This document shows, piece by piece, positions 26,687 to 37,035 of a DNA stretch of 46,579 nucleotides (position 1 is its first letter; each line of letters starts with the position of its first letter). This DNA is from Ghiorsea sp. (lineage in GTDB: Bacteria > Pseudomonadota > Zetaproteobacteria > Mariprofundales > Mariprofundaceae). The notes beneath the pieces are model-generated. The model saw only the letters and a program-made list of their open reading frames with translations, was not told where the DNA came from and did not search any database. The stretch is taken from contig JALUNK010000225.1 in assembly GCA_027055255.1 (NCBI GenBank), forward strand, positions 1-46,579, written 5' to 3'. A program made the position numbers and the translations under genes.

Positions 26687-28033
26687 TTAGCTTAGGTAGC
26701 GTAGATATAAATAAGCATGTGATATACCAATGCTCATAATCATGAGTAGAAACGCATGTTTCATGAATTGTAGGAAATAAATCGGATGACCAGCGCGCTG
26801 AGCAAACCCTGCAACAATCAAGTTGGCAGATGCACCAATGAGTGAACCATTACCTCCCAAACATGCGCCCAATGCCAGCGCCCACCAAATAGGAACAATA
26901 GCTTCTGCACCACCAAATGTGTCTGCCATGCTATGCACCAAAGGAATCATCGTTGCTACGAATGGAATATTATCAATTAAAGCAGAAGCGATGGCAGATA
27001 CCCATAAAATAGCACCTACCGTGGCATTAAAATCACCATTCGTCAGCTCGATGGTCTTTTGCCCTAACATAGCAATGACACCTGTGTGCTCCACACCAGT
27101 AACAATAATAAACAGACCAACAAAGAAGAAAATAGTTGTCCATTCCACTTCAGCCATTACGCCTTCATAAGCATGGTCTTTATCATGCACGGATTGACCA
27201 AAGGTCTGCAATAAAAGTAAGAACGCAGCGCCAAACATGGCAATGGTTGCAGGCTCTAAATGAAAGGTATGAGCGACAGAGAAGCCACCAATTACAGCAA
27301 AAAGAACAAATAAACTCTTTTTCAATAAAGGGATGTCTTTGAGCGCCTCATTTTCATTAAATTGCATAATAAGGGCTTTTTTTTCATCTGTAGCTGTGAG
27401 GTCGCGACCAAACATCAACCAAATAAAACCCAAAGTGAGCAAGAAAATGATAGGTGTTATTGGTGCAAGATTGAAAAGGAAATCAGTGAAGCTTAAGTTA
27501 GCTGCAGAGCCAATCATGATGTTTGGCGGGTCACCAATAAGTGTTGATGCACCACCAATGTTGGATGCAAAGATTTGTGCGAATAAATATGGGTAAGGGC
27601 GAACCCCCAAAGCATCTGTAATCAAAAGTGTTACGGGAGCAATCAATAAAACCGTGGTGACATTGTCTAAGAAAGCTGAGAATACTGCAGTAACGAGAGA
27701 AAGCATCACCAAAATGCCCCATGGGTTACCTTTTACGAATTTAGCTGCTTTAATCGCAACATATTGAAACATACCTGTTTTTTGACTAATTGTAACAATA
27801 ACCATCATACCCGTCAGCAAGCCAATGGTATTGAAATCGATACCTGCTACAGCTTGTTGTTGGGTGATAACACCGCATAAAATCATCAAGCCTGCACCCA
27901 TAAGAGAGAGAACTGCACGGTTGAATTTTTCTGCCATAATCACGCCATACACTACAAGCAAGATGGATACAGCCACCCATGTTGGGTCTAAATCAAAAAT
28001 AACAGATGCTTCATGGGCTACGGAATTATGCAT
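26687..28033 (-). CDS. ArsB/NhaD (IT superfamily) transporter
   Basis: IDFNTIGLLTGMM, SAFLDNVTTV, SNIGGASTLIGDPPN, LGACLGGNGSLIGASAN. Confidence 0.88.
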   Translation of the reverse strand: MHNSVAHEASVIFDLDPTWVAVSILLVVYGVIMAEKFNRAVLSLMGAGLMILCGVITQQQAVAGIDFNTIGLLTGMMVIVTISQKTGMFQYVAIKAAKFVKGNPWGILVMLSLVTAVFSAFLDNVTTVLLIAPVTLLITDALGVRPYPYLFAQIFASNIGGASTLIGDPPNIMIGSAANLSFTDFLFNLAPITPIIFLLTLGFIWLMFGRDLTATDEKKALIMQFNENEALKDIPLLKKSLFVLFAVIGGFSVAHTFHLEPATIAMFGAAFLLLLQTFGQSVHDKDHAYEGVMAEVEWTTIFFFVGLFIIVTGVEHTGVIAMLGQKTIELTNGDFNATVGAILWVSAIASALIDNIPFVATMIPLVHSMADTFGGAEAIVPIWWALALGACLGGNGSLIGASANLIVAGFAQRAGHPIYFLQFMKHAFLLMIMSIGISHAYLYLRYLS

Positions 28034-28496
28034 TGTTTTTCTCGCTAGCTTTGAGCTTTAATCTACCCAAGATATCCCCCGCAGAAATAATGCCTTGCAG
28101 ATGTTTTTCGTCATCAACAACAAGTGCATACTCATGTTTTCCATATGCAGAGAGAGCGGCGGAAACGGATAAGAGAGATTCATTTTTATTCACAAATAAA
28201 GGAGCCGTGTCCATTATTTTTTGGATAGGGCAATCTACAATTTTTTTATATCGCTCACGCAGGATACCTAAATCGGGGGCATAGGAAATTTGATTTAAGT
28301 CACCATTAACCAGATAGTCTGGTACGATACATTGCATGATATTAAAAGAAGAAATAATACCCAAAACATGATTTTCTTCATCAACAACGGGTAGCATTCT
28401 AAGTTTATGATGGTGCATTTTATCCAACACATGGCTGGTTAACTCTTTCGCTTGGGCGGTAACGACTTTTGTAACCATGAAATGTTCAGCAATCAT
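28026..28496 (-). CDS. CBS domain pair protein
   Basis: LPVVDEENHVLGIIS and LVVDDEKHLQGIISAGDI. Confidence 0.88.
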   Translation of the reverse strand: MIAEHFMVTKVVTAQAKELTSHVLDKMHHHKLRMLPVVDEENHVLGIISSFNIMQCIVPDYLVNGDLNQISYAPDLGILRERYKKIVDCPIQKIMDTAPLFVNKNESLLSVSAALSAYGKHEYALVVDDEKHLQGIISAGDILGRLKLKASEKNNA

Positions 28497-28514
28497 ACAA
28501 ACTCCTTTTAACTA

Positions 28515-30044
28515 TTATTCAGGGCGCATATGGGGGAATAATAATACATCACGGATAGAATGTTGTCCTGTGAGCATCATGACCAGCCTATCGACACCTA
28601 TGCCAACGCCAGCAGCAGGAGGCATGCCAAACTCTAGCGCACGCAAATAATCATCATCAATACCTGTTGCTTCAGCATCTCCAGCAGCCTTAGCTTGGGC
28701 TTGAGCAACAAAGCGACTGCGCTGATCATCTGGGTCATTTAATTCAGAAAAACCATTGGCTATTTCGCGTCCTGCGACAAATAACTCAAATCTATCGGTT
28801 ACATTGTCATCTTCATTATTGCGTCTTGCCAGTGGAGAAACATCCACAGGGTAGTGGGTAATAAATGTTGGCTGGGTTATTTTAGGTTCGACAAGCTCTT
28901 CAAATAAGGCAAGTAAGTAATGCCCTGATTTCCAAGAAATTAATGGTTTGAAATCAGGTATTTCTTGCAAACAAACTGTAGCCAACAAAGCTTTGTCGGT
29001 TGCATGACCACGTAAATCTGGACGATGCTCAAACACAGATTCATCAAGACGAATGCGTTTGAAGGTTTGGTTGAAATCAATATTCACACCTTCCCATCCC
29101 ACTTGCTGTGCGTTGATGCCTGATGCAATGCCTTTAATTAAAGCTTCGGTAGTATCCATAGCATCATTAAAGTCTGCATAAGCTTGATAAAATTCAACCA
29201 TAGTGAATTCAGGATTGTGTGTTGCATCCAAACCTTCATTACGGAAGTTACGGTTGATTTCAAAGACACGCTCAAAACCACCAACCAACAAACGTTTGAG
29301 GTATAATTCGGGCGCAATACGTAAAAACAATTCCATATTCAAGGCATTGTGGTGCGTTGTGAATGGACGAGCCGCCGCTCCACCTGCTTGGGTTTGCAAC
29401 ATGGGTGTTTCGACTTCCATAAAATCTTTTTCTTCCAAACCTTGGCGTAGTAGGGATACAATTTTTGACCGAGTACGAAAGGTTTGGCGTGATTCAGGCG
29501 TGACGATTAAATCGACATAACGTTGACGGTACCGTGTTTCTATATCACTTAAACCTTGCATCTTATCTGGTAAAGGACGTAAACACTTGGTAATGATTTC
29601 TACATGTGAAACTTTAATAGAAAGCTCGCCTGTTTTTGTGAAAAACAATAAACCTTTTGCACCAACAATATCGCCTAAATCCCATTTTTTTGTTGGGTTA
29701 TAAACTTCTGCGCCACCCAAGTTGTCACGATTCAAGAAAAGTTGAATATCGCTATCTTTATCTTGAATTTTGACAAAACTAGATTTACCCATAACGCGGT
29801 GCGCCATCAAGCGACCTGCGACAGTCACCTCGATACCTTGGTCAGCTAAAGCTTCCTTGTCTGCAGCATCATACTGTTGATGTAAATCAAGTAGATTAGC
29901 ATCACTACGCCAAGTATTGGGGTATGCTTGCCCCAACTCACGCATGGTTGCCAGCTTTTCGCGGCGAACACGGGTTTGTTCAGGCAGTTTGTCTTTTAGC
30001 GCTTTCTTTGCGTCTTCTTGTGAAGCAGAAGTTTGTTCACTCAT
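28515..30044 (-). CDS. lysS: Lysine--tRNA ligase (class II)
   Basis: RYRQRYVDL, EVETPML, LRIAPELYLKRL, FRNEG..HNPEFT, GVGIGVDRL. Confidence 0.98.
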   Translation of the reverse strand: MSEQTSASQEDAKKALKDKLPEQTRVRREKLATMRELGQAYPNTWRSDANLLDLHQQYDAADKEALADQGIEVTVAGRLMAHRVMGKSSFVKIQDKDSDIQLFLNRDNLGGAEVYNPTKKWDLGDIVGAKGLLFFTKTGELSIKVSHVEIITKCLRPLPDKMQGLSDIETRYRQRYVDLIVTPESRQTFRTRSKIVSLLRQGLEEKDFMEVETPMLQTQAGGAAARPFTTHHNALNMELFLRIAPELYLKRLLVGGFERVFEINRNFRNEGLDATHNPEFTMVEFYQAYADFNDAMDTTEALIKGIASGINAQQVGWEGVNIDFNQTFKRIRLDESVFEHRPDLRGHATDKALLATVCLQEIPDFKPLISWKSGHYLLALFEELVEPKITQPTFITHYPVDVSPLARRNNEDDNVTDRFELFVAGREIANGFSELNDPDDQRSRFVAQAQAKAAGDAEATGIDDDYLRALEFGMPPAAGVGIGVDRLVMMLTGQHSIRDVLLFPHMRPE

Positions 30045-30049
30045 AAAAA

Positions 30050-30478
30050 TTAGGCGCGGCTGTTAATATCTAAATCAGAGAAAAAGAAATTAATTTCAAT
30101 GGCTGCATTTTCTTCAGAATCTGAGCCGTGAACAGCATTAGCGTCAATGGAATCAGCATGGTCAGCACGAATCGTACCTTCTTCAGCTTCTTGAGGGTTG
30201 GTTGCACCCATAAGTTGGCGATTCAATGCAACAGCATTTTTACCTTCTAGGCACATGGCCAAAACAGGACCTGAGCTCATAAACTCACAAAGGTCTTTAA
30301 AGAATGGGCGCTCTGCATGTACTGCATAAAAGCGACCAGCTTGATCACCGCTAAGGTGTGTCATATTCATTGCGATAACGGATAACCCGTTTTCTTCAAA
30401 GCGACGAATGATGTCACCAATAACATTTTTTGCGACTGCATCTGGTTTAATAATAGATAGTGTACGTTGAACGGCCAT
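30050..30478 (-). CDS. ndk: Nucleoside diphosphate kinase
   Basis: [24 protein letters not shown]. Confidence 0.98.
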   Translation of the reverse strand: MAVQRTLSIIKPDAVAKNVIGDIIRRFEENGLSVIAMNMTHLSGDQAGRFYAVHAERPFFKDLCEFMSSGPVLAMCLEGKNAVALNRQLMGATNPQEAEEGTIRADHADSIDANAVHGSDSEENAAIEINFFFSDLDINSRA

Positions 30479-30537
30479 GCGAAATTACCTCGATATATAT
30501 GAACTAAAATACTACATCCAGTTGGTGTAGGAGCTGC

Positions 30538-30566
30538 ACTATAAGAGGGCAGCCAGCATTCTGCAA
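30538..30566 (-). promoter_or_regulatory. Candidate sigma70 promoter for ndk-lysS
   Basis: Minus strand TTGCAG, 17-nt spacer, TATAGT. Confidence 0.45.
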
Positions 30567-32366
30567 TTAAGAAAATTTATTGGGATATTTCAGTTGTGTT
30601 TCGAGTATGGCTTCAGAGAACTTTTTAAGGTTGGTTGGCTTGAGAATAATGGTCATGTTTAAATCTTCAGCACGCATTAATTTCTCAGTTTCACCATAGG
30701 CCGTGACCATAAGTAAGGGTAGAGAAGCATCCTTTTTTCGCAGTTTTTCAGCAAGGTCAACACCATCCATGCCCGGCATTTTAAAATCGGTGACCAACAT
30801 ATCAATATCATCAGATGCCTTATCAAAGACTTCAATCGCAGCTGCTCCATGCATAGCTGTGATGACAGTATGCCCCATAGCTTCAAGCAACATTTGTTGT
30901 ACATGCAAAACACTGGGCTGATCATCCACCAATAAAATCGTACATGGTTTGGCTTGGAAAGGGGCGGTTGAAGACTCTTTTATGATTGCTGATGATTCTT
31001 CTATGGGGTCTTCCTTGCTTATATTCTTCTGGGTAGCGTTGTTTTCTTGATTTTCAAGCGGGAAACACATACAAATATGCGTGCCTACGCCTAACTGAGA
31101 TTTGATTTCTAAATTGCCACCAAGGCTGGTTACAATGCGTTTGACCATGGCTAAACCTAACCCCGTGCCACCAGAACTTTTACGTAGCGTCCAAAAGTTA
31201 TCGGTGACAAAGGGTAGGTCTTCTTCAGATATGCCACGACCATTATCAGAAACGATAATTCGCACTGAACCCGTATCAATACAAGATTCATCAGCCTCAC
31301 AATGTTTTACATGAATGGATATGCTACCATAATCTTTATCCATGGCTTGCGAAGCATTGTTGACAAGGTTCATCAAAATTTGTTCCAGTTGGCTGGTGCT
31401 GATTTTAATCCGTGAAACCTCGCCCTCGATAGCATAAGAAAGTTTGATGTGGGTAGGCAACTGCAGGCGAAGCAGTGCAACAATACTTTTTAAATCGGAG
31501 CGAATATCTCGATACTCCAGAATTTCATCGGACTGTTTGGCGCTGCTAAGCTGAAGAATTTCAGTGATGGTGCTGGAGCCGCGCTCACCTGAATCAATAA
31601 TGACATCAAGTTGCTTGATGATATGTTCATCTTTAACGTTAAATTGTAATGCCTCGGCCGTGCCAATAATGCTAGTAAGCACATTGCGGAAATCATGAAC
31701 AATGCCTGCTACCAAGGTGTTTTGATAACCTTCATGCACATGGACTTGCATTTCTAAGTATTGATTTTCTTCTTCTGAAATATCAAGTAAAAAACAAATG
31801 CCAATGGAGTCTGCCAACCATTTGATTTGCGCTGTGGCACCCATGAGTTTGATGATACTGCCATCCATGTTGCGGCCACGAACAAAGAAGGTTCTGTTTA
31901 CACCTTTTTCTTCAGACTCTAATGTTTCTAAGCATACCGAAAGCATTTCTTCTTCATCTTCAAGCATAACAAGATGATTGATGGGTTTGCCGCTAAGTCT
32001 TTTTTTACCCTCAGCAAACATGGTGTGGCATGCTCGATTGGCAAAGCGAATATGGATGTTTTCTTTTTTCTTTTCATAGGTGAATATAGCCAAGGGGCTT
32101 AAATCCAAGAGCTCCAAAGCACCCGTTTGGGTGACTAGGCTGCTTATTTTATTTTCTTTCCTAGGAAGGTATGAAGAAATAAAGATTAAGCCAAAGGCAA
32201 TGGAAAAAGCAGCCAATGCCATGATATGTAAAGGTTGGATATAGAACATTGCATAACCTGATGTGGCTATAAAAAGAAACGTTCCAAGCCTTAAAAGAAG
32301 TGATTGGTTCCTCACTAAAGTTGAGTAAGGAAAATGTTTGAGCAACCAAGCTGTTTGTGGTCTCAT
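30567..32366 (-). CDS. Hybrid sensor histidine kinase/response regulator (2 TM, PAS-like, HisKA, HATPase, REC)
   Basis: AGIVHDFRNVL, QILMNLVNNA, DNGRG, GTGLGL; receiver ILLVDD..TDFKMPGMDG..KP. Confidence 0.9.
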   Translation of the reverse strand: MRPQTAWLLKHFPYSTLVRNQSLLLRLGTFLFIATSGYAMFYIQPLHIMALAAFSIAFGLIFISSYLPRKENKISSLVTQTGALELLDLSPLAIFTYEKKKENIHIRFANRACHTMFAEGKKRLSGKPINHLVMLEDEEEMLSVCLETLESEEKGVNRTFFVRGRNMDGSIIKLMGATAQIKWLADSIGICFLLDISEEENQYLEMQVHVHEGYQNTLVAGIVHDFRNVLTSIIGTAEALQFNVKDEHIIKQLDVIIDSGERGSSTITEILQLSSAKQSDEILEYRDIRSDLKSIVALLRLQLPTHIKLSYAIEGEVSRIKISTSQLEQILMNLVNNASQAMDKDYGSISIHVKHCEADESCIDTGSVRIIVSDNGRGISEEDLPFVTDNFWTLRKSSGGTGLGLAMVKRIVTSLGGNLEIKSQLGVGTHICMCFPLENQENNATQKNISKEDPIEESSAIIKESSTAPFQAKPCTILLVDDQPSVLHVQQMLLEAMGHTVITAMHGAAAIEVFDKASDDIDMLVTDFKMPGMDGVDLAEKLRKKDASLPLLMVTAYGETEKLMRAEDLNMTIILKPTNLKKFSEAILETQLKYPNKFS

Positions 32367-32372
32367 GAAGTT

Positions 32373-33323
<951 letters not shown>

Positions 33324-33395
33324 TTAAATGGAGTAGTCTAAAGGCAGAGCATACACAAAATAGTGTATGATGAGCAATGCATTTTTATTGAGGTC

Positions 33396-34214
33396 TTAAT
33401 CGAACAGGTGCCGCATTTTATAACCAAGGCTTCCGACAAGCCCACGTTCTCGTGGAGAGACTTCATAAAGCGTACTTACACCCACGCCTTTAAGGGTTAA
33501 ATTACGTGGTTTTCCAATCACAATATCCGCAGCGTAGTCCCGAATTTTGGTATGAATCAATCCATATACAATCTCATCAATAAGCACTTGGTTGGTGCGG
33601 GCAATACCTTCAATTCTCGCACCTTTATCCATGGCATGACCGATATAGTCAGCCGTTGGTCCAGGTATCTCTTTCACATAACCACAGGTGATGCCGATTC
33701 GGCAGTCCATTTTACCAACCATAGGTTTTAGTTTTTTACGTTCTTTATCCAAGCTGTTGCTCATTAGCATAGCGGCAAGCACAGCATCAATAGCTGTTTC
33801 AAATACAGCCATCACGCCATCACCCAAACGTTTCACCACAGAACCGTTATGTCGGATAATAGCCTGTTCACAAATATCACAAAACATACGATTGCGCATA
33901 AAACCTTTGGTATGTCCCATTTCACGTTTATATTGGGTTGAGCCCACCAAATCGGTAAACATAATGCATTTGTACTGGTCGGGTGTTGTAGCAATCACAT
34001 TGGTGACATCTTCAATGATTGCATCAAAATCAATGGGTGTGTGGTCGACTTCATCTAAATTCCTATTGTCGGCAAGTTTAGGTAATGCGGATATTTGCTC
34101 ACTAACTACAATATCAAATTGAGACTCTTCCAATACCTCTTCATTTTTCATTTGTGTTTGAATGGGTGTAACTTTCTTTTTGCGTGCTGCTTTTGCGACC
34201 ATGCTAGACTCCAT
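33396..34214 (-). CDS. Class III adenylate/guanylate cyclase domain protein
   Basis: MFTDLVGST, VVKRLGDGVMAVF, RIGI..G, DYIG..DKGARIE. Confidence 0.85.
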   Translation of the reverse strand: MESSMVAKAARKKKVTPIQTQMKNEEVLEESQFDIVVSEQISALPKLADNRNLDEVDHTPIDFDAIIEDVTNVIATTPDQYKCIMFTDLVGSTQYKREMGHTKGFMRNRMFCDICEQAIIRHNGSVVKRLGDGVMAVFETAIDAVLAAMLMSNSLDKERKKLKPMVGKMDCRIGITCGYVKEIPGPTADYIGHAMDKGARIEGIARTNQVLIDEIVYGLIHTKIRDYAADIVIGKPRNLTLKGVGVSTLYEVSPRERGLVGSLGYKMRHLFD

Positions 34215-34279
34215 GTGTGATGTTCAATGCAGTCTAGCCTTAGGTTCAGTTGGTCATTGAATGTAACCAATCTCACACT

Positions 34280-35893
34280 TTAATGTGTGGTGTTGATAAT
34301 TGCCTCAGCAGCTTTTAAGCCATCCACAGCCGCGCTAACAATACCGCCAGCATAACCCGCACCTTCACCCACAGGATAAAGCCCTCTGATAGTCACAGAT
34401 TGTAGGCTTTTATCGCGGGTAATGCGTATGGGTGAGCTGGTGCGTGATTCTACGGCCAACATATTGGCATGTTCGGAGATAAACCCTTTCATTTTTCTAT
34501 CAAAACCCTGTAAACCTTCGGCTAGAGGTTTGCTTAACCATGTGGGTAAGATGCTGCGAATATCGGATGCTTCAACAGCAGGTTTAAATCTAGAATTTGC
34601 CAATGTGCCACTCGGGGTGTTGCTGATAAAATCGCTAATACGCATGGCAGGGGCAGCATAGGCATGCGATGTTGCCTTAAATGTTTTTTCTTCCAATTCG
34701 CGCTGCATACGAATGCCACATAAAGGGTCATCGCCTAAACCATGTTGTTTAATGTCTTGCGGGGTAACTTGCACTACAATACCTGAATTGGCAAAGGGGC
34801 TTGAGCGCTTGGCATTGCTCATGCCATTGACTGCCATTTTACCCACTTCAGTCGGTGAGGGCAATATCAAACCACCGGGGCACATGCAAAAGCTGAATAC
34901 GCCACGTTTCCCCAGAGCTTTATCAGGCACTTGATGGGTTAAGCTGTATTCTGCGGCATGAAGTTTGGGATGTTTGGCTGACTTGCCAAACTGGCATTCA
35001 TCCACCCAATCTTGCTCATGTTCGGTGCGTACACCTACTGCAAAGTCTTTGGCTTCGAGCTTGATACCAATGGTTTGCATATGTTCAAAAGTATCCCGTG
35101 CTGAATGTCCAATGGCGAGCACCACATGCTCGGCTTGCAGCTCTTCGCCATCAGCCAAGCGTACGCCTGTCATCTTACCTTCATGGGTGAGCAAGGCTGT
35201 CACCTTGCTTTCAAAGCGGTAATCCACACCTTGTTCAATCAAATAATGGCGCATGGCTTTGATGATGCGTACCAAACGGTCTGTACCCAAATGCGGGTGT
35301 GCATCCACCAAAATATCTTCTTTGGCACCAAAACGAACAAATTCAGCCAATACCCAACGCACAAAAGGATGTTTGATGCGGGTATAAAGTTTGCCATCGG
35401 TGTATGTGCCTGCGCCACCTTCACCAAAACATACATTGCTTTCAGGATTAAGCTCACCTCGGCTTCTTAAGCGCCCAATATCTTTCAAACGTGTTTCCAC
35501 AGGTTTGCCGCGCTCCAATAATGTCACTTTTTTGCCTGCTTCAATCAGTGCAAGGGCGGCAAATAATCCTGCGGGGCCAGCGCCGACCACAATGATATGT
35601 TCTTGGGTGTTCGTTGTTGGCATTAAAGATTCAGGCTTTTCAATAGCTAAGCGTGACGTAATGTCTGTTTGAATTTGCGCAGAGGTTAAAGGTTTGGCAT
35701 CGCTGCTAAGTGTGCATTCCACGCTGCATACAAAGTGTACATCGCTTCGTTTGCGCGCATCAATGGCTTTGCGCACGATATGCCAAGCCAATAGCTGCTC
35801 AGCTTCAATGCCAAGTGTTTCGCATAACCTGACCGTGGTTTGCGAATCGCTTTCATCCAAAGCAATATTAAAGTTATTGATGCGTAAAAACAT
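34280..35893 (-). CDS. Uncharacterised FAD/NAD(P)-dependent oxidoreductase
   Basis: VVGAGPAGLFAA, SNVCFGEGGAGTYTDGKL, FCMCPGG, GEGAGYAGGIVSAAVDG. Confidence 0.9.
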   Translation of the reverse strand: MFLRINNFNIALDESDSQTTVRLCETLGIEAEQLLAWHIVRKAIDARKRSDVHFVCSVECTLSSDAKPLTSAQIQTDITSRLAIEKPESLMPTTNTQEHIIVVGAGPAGLFAALALIEAGKKVTLLERGKPVETRLKDIGRLRSRGELNPESNVCFGEGGAGTYTDGKLYTRIKHPFVRWVLAEFVRFGAKEDILVDAHPHLGTDRLVRIIKAMRHYLIEQGVDYRFESKVTALLTHEGKMTGVRLADGEELQAEHVVLAIGHSARDTFEHMQTIGIKLEAKDFAVGVRTEHEQDWVDECQFGKSAKHPKLHAAEYSLTHQVPDKALGKRGVFSFCMCPGGLILPSPTEVGKMAVNGMSNAKRSSPFANSGIVVQVTPQDIKQHGLGDDPLCGIRMQRELEEKTFKATSHAYAAPAMRISDFISNTPSGTLANSRFKPAVEASDIRSILPTWLSKPLAEGLQGFDRKMKGFISEHANMLAVESRTSSPIRITRDKSLQSVTIRGLYPVGEGAGYAGGIVSAAVDGLKAAEAIINTTH

Positions 35894-35907
35894 AGTAGAA
35901 TGCTCGT

Positions 35908-36237
35908 TTATAAAGGGTTTATCATCGAGGAATGTACAAGCACATTGCGGATTTGCATGTAGGCAATTAAAAACTCAAACATCATACGCCATATGAGTTC
36001 CATCATGATTAGCAAGGAAAAGAATACAAATATAATAGTTATCCGTTGTTTGCTAGAGAGCATTTTCCAGATGAAGTGTTTACCCTTTTTATGCAAAGTA
36101 TCAACCAGCCCATACCTTGAGACGATATGTGTTGAAAAATACCATATTGCAAAGGGTAGCATTGCTACGCCTAAATAATAAAAAATCAGGAGCATAGTAG
36201 GGCTAATAAAGCTCTTAAATGTTAAAAAATCTGACAT
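35908..36237 (-). CDS. DUF4282-like small membrane protein
   Basis: FLTFKSFISP N-terminus, two TM segments, WRMMFEFLI. Confidence 0.75.
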   Translation of the reverse strand: MSDFLTFKSFISPTMLLIFYYLGVAMLPFAIWYFSTHIVSRYGLVDTLHKKGKHFIWKMLSSKQRITIIFVFFSLLIMMELIWRMMFEFLIAYMQIRNVLVHSSMINPL

Positions 36238-36352
36238 AGTATACCTTTGAGACTACAAACTTGGATAAGATAGGGTTAATAGTGTCTGAAACAGTTGATT
36301 TGGCAAGTTTAGTGATTTCTTTTGTAGGTTTGTCTCACTAAAGCGTTAGTCT

Positions 36353-37033
36353 GTGGACATGAGCCAAGGTGTTGATGTAGAGCAATGTGTATTATTTGAA
36401 GATTCACGGTTTATTTTTCTTGATAAACCAGCTGGTATCGCTGTGCATGGTGTGATTCAAGATGAAGAGAAGGGCGATAGCCTCGGTGTGATTGAGCTCT
36501 TAAGGCAAGCCCGACCTGATGCCCCTTATTTAGAATTAGCGCACCGCTTGGATAAAGAAACATCAGGTGTATTGGTGATTGCTAAGCGCAAGAGCGCATT
36601 AAGAGCTTTTCAAAAGCAGCAGGAAAATAGGGGTGTGGACAAACATTATTTGGCACTGGTCAAGGGCAAGTGGCAAGGCGGTCATCGCAAAGTGGATGCA
36701 CCACTTTTGAAGACCATAGCCAAAAATGGCAAGTGGTCAGTGCATGTGGATAAGCAAAAGGGCAAACGAGCAGTGTCCTATTTCGCACCTATAGAAACCT
36801 ATGAAGTTAGTTCGTTAGTTCGTATTAAAATTATCACTGGGCGTACACATCAAATCAGGGTTCATGCAGCATCTATTGGAATTCCTATAGTGGGCGATGA
36901 TAAGTATGGTGATGTTGGATTTAATCAAACTAAGGGTTATAAACGCCTAAGGTTACATGCTGAGTCCATTAAATTTTCACTACCCGATGTAGCCGCTTAT
37001 CATATCCAATCACCGTGTGCTTTTATCGGATAA
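36353..37033 (+). CDS. RluA family pseudouridine synthase (RluC-like, no S4 domain)
   Basis: DKPAGIAVH, HRLDKETSG, TGRTHQIRVH, IVGDDKYG, LHA. Confidence 0.92.
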   Translation: MDMSQGVDVEQCVLFEDSRFIFLDKPAGIAVHGVIQDEEKGDSLGVIELLRQARPDAPYLELAHRLDKETSGVLVIAKRKSALRAFQKQQENRGVDKHYLALVKGKWQGGHRKVDAPLLKTIAKNGKWSVHVDKQKGKRAVSYFAPIETYEVSSLVRIKIITGRTHQIRVHAASIGIPIVGDDKYGDVGFNQTKGYKRLRLHAESIKFSLPDVAAYHIQSPCAFIG

Positions 37034-37035
37034 AT

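Noticed and set aside
33349-33369. CATACAC/GTGTATG inverted repeat upstream of trxB
   Set aside because: Short AT-rich 7-bp stem without a U-tract; could arise by chance.
33396-34214. Pycsar/CBASS-type anti-phage cyclase system
   Set aside because: No adjacent TM or TIR cNMP effector, neighbours are housekeeping genes, and specificity residues look adenine-type.
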